Assembly (NCBI GenBank): GCA_963801165.1
Contig: CAWDDT010000004.1
Location: forward strand, 160,001-224,000
Source: an uncultured bacterium
GTDB taxonomy: Bacteria > Actinomycetota > Acidimicrobiia > Spongiisociales > UBA5794
DNA length: 64,000 bases
Reading direction: 5' to 3'
The position numbers and the translations under genes are program-made. Each line of letters opens with the position of its first letter. Within the stretch, counting starts at the first letter, position 1. Below the pieces are notes generated by a model, which searched no databases, was not told the DNA's origin, and saw only the letters and a list, made by a program, of their open reading frames with translations. Shown one piece after another: positions 60,413 to 64,000 of this stretch.

Positions 60413-61273
60413 TTACCTCTCGGTCCCGGCACCGGGCGACGTCAGAACGCTAGCCGCCAGCCGGATGCCCGTGTTCGTTGCCGATACCGGGTCGGACCCG
60501 GCCATCGCCGAGACGATGTATCCGGCGGCGAAGGCATCGCCCGCTCCGGTCGTGTCGTTGACCGTCGCCACCGGCGGCACCGCGACCATCGTCGTCTCGC
60601 CGGCGCTGTCGACGAGCGTCACCGGGTTCGACCCGGCCTTGATCACCGTGGTGCTCGCTCCCGGCATGGCGGCCTCCGCGGCGACGCCAAGCGCGTCTGC
60701 TTCGTCCTCGTTGCAGAAGAAGACGTCGGGTTGCAGGGCGGCGATGAGCTTGAGGAATCGATCGACGCCGTAGCTGCGGAGCGGTCCCGTCGACGAGGCG
60801 TCGACGCTGACGGTTATCCCCGCGTCACGCGCCAGGGTGATCGCTCCCAGACACGTCGCCCCGAGCGGCTCGACCACGAGCGAGTAGGAGGGGACGTGGA
60901 GCCAGGTCACCCCGTCGAGGGCGCCGGCCGGAAGCTCGCTCAGCTCGGTCGCGGCGGCTCGATCGGGCAGCATCGTTCGTTCTCCGGTCGGATCGACCAG
61001 GACCAGCACTGAGCCGGTCCGCCCCTTGCGGCGCACCAGGACCTGGACCCCGGCGAGCTCGAGCTGGCCTGTGAGCATCTCCCCGAGAGGGTCGTCTCCG
61101 ACCTGGCCGACAAAGCGCGCCGGTGTGCCGACTGCGGCCGCCTGTACGGCGACGGTGGCCGCGCTGCCGCCCCTCCGGTGGAAGATGCGGGCGGGCGTGT
61201 CGGTGCCGTGAACCGGGTCCGCCGCCGGCCATACGACGATGTCTTGTACCAGGTCGCCGATAGTGCACAACAT
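60413..61273 (-). CDS. PfkB family kinase (probable pseudouridine kinase by context)
   Basis: GGSAA, VGDD..G, NEDEA, DTTGAGDAF; adjacent to psuG. Confidence 0.88.
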   Translation of the reverse strand: MLCTIGDLVQDIVVWPAADPVHGTDTPARIFHRRGGSAATVAVQAAAVGTPARFVGQVGDDPLGEMLTGQLELAGVQVLVRRKGRTGSVLVLVDPTGERTMLPDRAAATELSELPAGALDGVTWLHVPSYSLVVEPLGATCLGAITLARDAGITVSVDASSTGPLRSYGVDRFLKLIAALQPDVFFCNEDEADALGVAAEAAMPGASTTVIKAGSNPVTLVDSAGETTMVAVPPVATVNDTTGAGDAFAAGYIVSAMAGSDPVSATNTGIRLAASVLTSPGAGTER

Positions 61274-61322
61274 GGAACGGAGCTTAGGATTTCTAAACCG
61301 GGGATCGTCTTAGGCTGGTGGC

Positions 61323-61898
61323 ATGAAGTTCAGAGATCTCGCGCTGCTCGCCGTTGTGCTGGTCTTGCTGGCGGCCGGCTGCGGTGGTAACGACACCAAA
61401 TCTGAGGGTGTGGCTTCGATGCAGGATCTGTCGACCGAGACGACGGTAACGACGGCAGCGCCGTCTGCCGATGCCGCCACCGCCAGCGACGAGAGCAAGG
61501 TCCTCGAATTCGCCGCCTGCATGCGTGAGCAGGGCATCGACTTTCCCGACCCGGTTGTCGACTCGGACGGGAACGTCGCGTTCGACCTCAAAACACTGAG
61601 CAAACTCGCAGATGTCGATCGGGATACGCTGGAGAAGGCCTTCGAGCCTTGCGCCGGCCTGCTCGAAGGCGTCGACTTCGGCTTCGATAGGATATTCGAT
61701 GCGCAGTTCCAGGATGACCTGGTGGCCTTCTCGGCGTGCATGCGCGCCAACGGTTTCGACCTGCCGGATCCAGACTTTGCCGGTCTCGCCAGTGGCGAGC
61801 CGCTCTACCCGTCGTTCGATGTCAACGACCCCGACTTCGAGTCTGCGTTCGACGCCTGCCGCGACACGCTGCCTGGTATCCCCGGAATTGCCAATTGA
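61323..61898 (+). CDS. Lipoprotein with two F(A/S)ACMR repeats
   Basis: Lipobox AAGC; FAACMRE.G.DFPDP and FSACMRANG.D.PDP. Confidence 0.8.
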   Translation: MKFRDLALLAVVLVLLAAGCGGNDTKSEGVASMQDLSTETTVTTAAPSADAATASDESKVLEFAACMREQGIDFPDPVVDSDGNVAFDLKTLSKLADVDRDTLEKAFEPCAGLLEGVDFGFDRIFDAQFQDDLVAFSACMRANGFDLPDPDFAGLASGEPLYPSFDVNDPDFESAFDACRDTLPGIPGIAN

Positions 61899-61987
61899 GA
61901 CGCTTCTCATTAATTCCTTAGCGTTGTCCCAGGAAGTTCGCAGCTGCGGATGCGATCATCGTTGCTATATCTCGCTAGAGGGGTCTG

Positions 61988-62659
61988 ATGACGACGCGTT
62001 TGCTCACGATTGGCCTTGCTCTCGTTCTTGCGGCGACGGCGTGCGGTGGGAGCGATCATTCGTCCGAAGGGGTGGCGACGCTGGAGGCGGCTGACACGGC
62101 GACGACCGACGCCACCGGCACGACGGACCCGGCAGGCGCGGTTGATCAGGAGCAGGCGATGCTTGCTTTTGCCGCTTGCATGAGAGACAACGGCGTCGAT
62201 ATGCAAGATCCCACCGTCGACGCCGACGGCAACGTTCAGTTCGGGGGCTTTGGTGGCGGGCCGCAGTCCAGCGACGCCGACCGGCAGAGTATCGGCACCG
62301 CCATGGATGCCTGCCGGGACCTCCTCGACGGGCTGTCGCTCGGTCGGGGCGGGGGCAACTTCGATCCCACACAACTCCAGGACACGATGCTCGAGTACGC
62401 CGCTTGCATGCGTGACAACGGTTATGACATGCCAGACCCCGACTTCACCTCGTTCGGGCCGGGCCAGGGAGACGGCGAGCCTGGTCAGGGAGGCGGCGGT
62501 CCATTTGCCAACATCGACCCGCAAGACCCGAACTTCATCAAGGCTCAGGAGGCCTGTCAGGACATTCTCAGCGGCTTCGGCCCCGGTGGTGGCCCGGGCT
62601 TTGCCGGGGGTGGGCCCGGCGGTGACGGGGGCGGCGCCCCGCCCGCCGGCAACGGTTGA
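61988..62659 (+). CDS. Lipoprotein paralog with two AACMRDNG repeats
   Basis: Lipobox ATAC; Gly-rich tail. Confidence 0.8.
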   Translation: MTTRLLTIGLALVLAATACGGSDHSSEGVATLEAADTATTDATGTTDPAGAVDQEQAMLAFAACMRDNGVDMQDPTVDADGNVQFGGFGGGPQSSDADRQSIGTAMDACRDLLDGLSLGRGGGNFDPTQLQDTMLEYAACMRDNGYDMPDPDFTSFGPGQGDGEPGQGGGGPFANIDPQDPNFIKAQEACQDILSGFGPGGGPGFAGGGPGGDGGGAPPAGNG

Positions 62660-62709
62660 TCCGGACGATGGGAGAATCAACGGTGGATACCAGAATCGAG
62701 GAGACCCCG

Positions 62710-64000
62710 GTGAGCGCCGACCTCAACAACGAAACCGATGACGTGGTCGCCGGTACGCACCGTACCCGCCGCTGGCTGTGGATCATCCCGATCGTCGTGG
62801 TGGTGGCCGGCGCCGCCGTCGCTTATGCGTTGCTGGGCAACGGGAGCGACGCGGGCGGGACCGACCAGGTGACATTGTCATTCGCCGATGTCGTCCAAGC
62901 AGATCTGGTGCAGACGGACACATTCGACGGAACGCTCGGCACCGAGGACGGGGACCCGGTCACCAGCCCCATATCCGGGGTGGTGACCACGACGGCGGAG
63001 CCGGGCACGACCATCGAACAGGGCGATGTCTTCCTCACAGTTGACGACCAACCGGTCGTGCTCCTTTATGGGGACCTGCCCGCCTATCGGGCGCTCGCCG
63101 CCACCGGGGACAGCTTCAGCGCCATCGGAAACAAGACCGGGGTCGTCACCGATGTCGTCGCCGCCGGCGACACGATCGTGCAGGGAGACGTTCTCTACCG
63201 GGTCAATGGAGAGCCGGTGGTGGCCATGTACGGGGACGTGCCCGCATACCGCACGCTGCGCGACCTCAGCGACAACATGACCGGCGACGACGTGCTCCAG
63301 CTCGAGCAGAATCTCGTCGCGCTCGGCTACGACCCCGACAGCCTTGCCTCCGTCGACGATGAATTCACCAGCTATACCGCGACCATGGTCGAGCGATGGC
63401 AGGCGGATCTCGGTGTCGACGACACCGGTGTCGTCGCGCTCGGCGACGTCATCTTCATCCCCGGTCCCGCCGAAGTGCTCAACGTGGCGGTCGACGTCGG
63501 CCAGTCGGTGAACGCCGGTCAGCCCGTCGCCACGGTCACGGCGGGCGATCCGCTCAGCGGTGACGACGTGCTCCAGCTCGAGCAGGACCTCGTTGCACTG
63601 GGCTACGACGGACCAGTCGTCGACGGTGTCTGGGACGACGGGACCAAGAGCGCCGTGTCCGCCTGGCAATCCGACGTCGGGTTCGAGGCCGACGGCGTCG
63701 TCGACCTGGGCGAGATCGTCTTTCTCCCCGGCTCGGTTCGGGTCAACGAGGTTCTGGGCTCGGTGGGCACGGCGGTGAGCCAGGGCACTCCGGTGCTCGG
63801 GATCTCCTCGGCCGAGCAATACGTGACCTTCGATCTCCCGGCCCGCAACCAGGGGTTGGTGGCGGTTGGCGACCAGGTGAACATCGAGATGCCGGACGGG
63901 ACCGACACACCGGGGACGGTCGCTACGGTGGCTTCCGTCGCCACGGGGGGTCAGGGCGCTGATGCCACCTTCGCCGTCAAGATAAACCTCGACGATCCGA
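62710..64000 (+). CDS. Peptidoglycan-binding/membrane-fusion-like adaptor protein (runs off the window)
   Basis: GAGGAG RBS before GTG; TM; repeated GDDVLQLEQ.LVALGY peptidoglycan-binding motifs and barrel-sandwich-like segments; no stop seen. Confidence 0.8.
   Translation, partial: MSADLNNETDDVVAGTHRTRRWLWIIPIVVVVAGAAVAYALLGNGSDAGGTDQVTLSFADVVQADLVQTDTFDGTLGTEDGDPVTSPISGVVTTTAEPGTTIEQGDVFLTVDDQPVVLLYGDLPAYRALAATGDSFSAIGNKTGVVTDVVAAGDTIVQGDVLYRVNGEPVVAMYGDVPAYRTLRDLSDNMTGDDVLQLEQNLVALGYDPDSLASVDDEFTSYTATMVERWQADLGVDDTGVVALGDVIFIPGPAEVLNVAVDVGQSVNAGQPVATVTAGDPLSGDDVLQLEQDLVALGYDGPVVDGVWDDGTKSAVSAWQSDVGFEADGVVDLGEIVFLPGSVRVNEVLGSVGTAVSQGTPVLGISSAEQYVTFDLPARNQGLVAVGDQVNIEMPDGTDTPGTVATVASVATGGQGADATFAVKINLDDP

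Overview
High-GC bacterial chromosome segment whose gene content suggests an actinobacterium, probably Acidimicrobiia-like. Most of it is housekeeping: PhoH2, HIT, an OmpR/BaeS-type two-component pair, an osmoprotectant ABC operon, hflX, a caa3-type cytochrome c oxidase operon, a sigma-70 factor, manC, a ClC channel, xseAB, malic enzyme and psuG/pfkB. The accessory region starts at a tRNA-Sec(UCA) gene (12272-12366). A ~10.8 kb integrative mobilizable element is inserted there, bounded by a 66-bp tRNA 3'-end direct repeat, with a frameshifted tyrosine integrase and a frameshifted MobF relaxase. A remnant of a second related integrase and more accessory genes follow. The main unexplained signal is in the element's cargo (16.8-23.0 kb). 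Three toxin-antitoxin pairs and several small unrelated genes are separated at essentially every boundary by a co-oriented, degenerate ~81-bp sequence (7 copies plus 1 deleted copy). This resembles a gene-cassette array, but the repeat matches neither integron attC nor canonical dif sites. Also notable are a degenerate BY-kinase-like domain fused to an LCP domain and flanked by two paralogous Thr-rich surface proteins, and three isolated four-copy tandem repeats. All calls come from reading the sequence and recalled family motifs; no searches were run.
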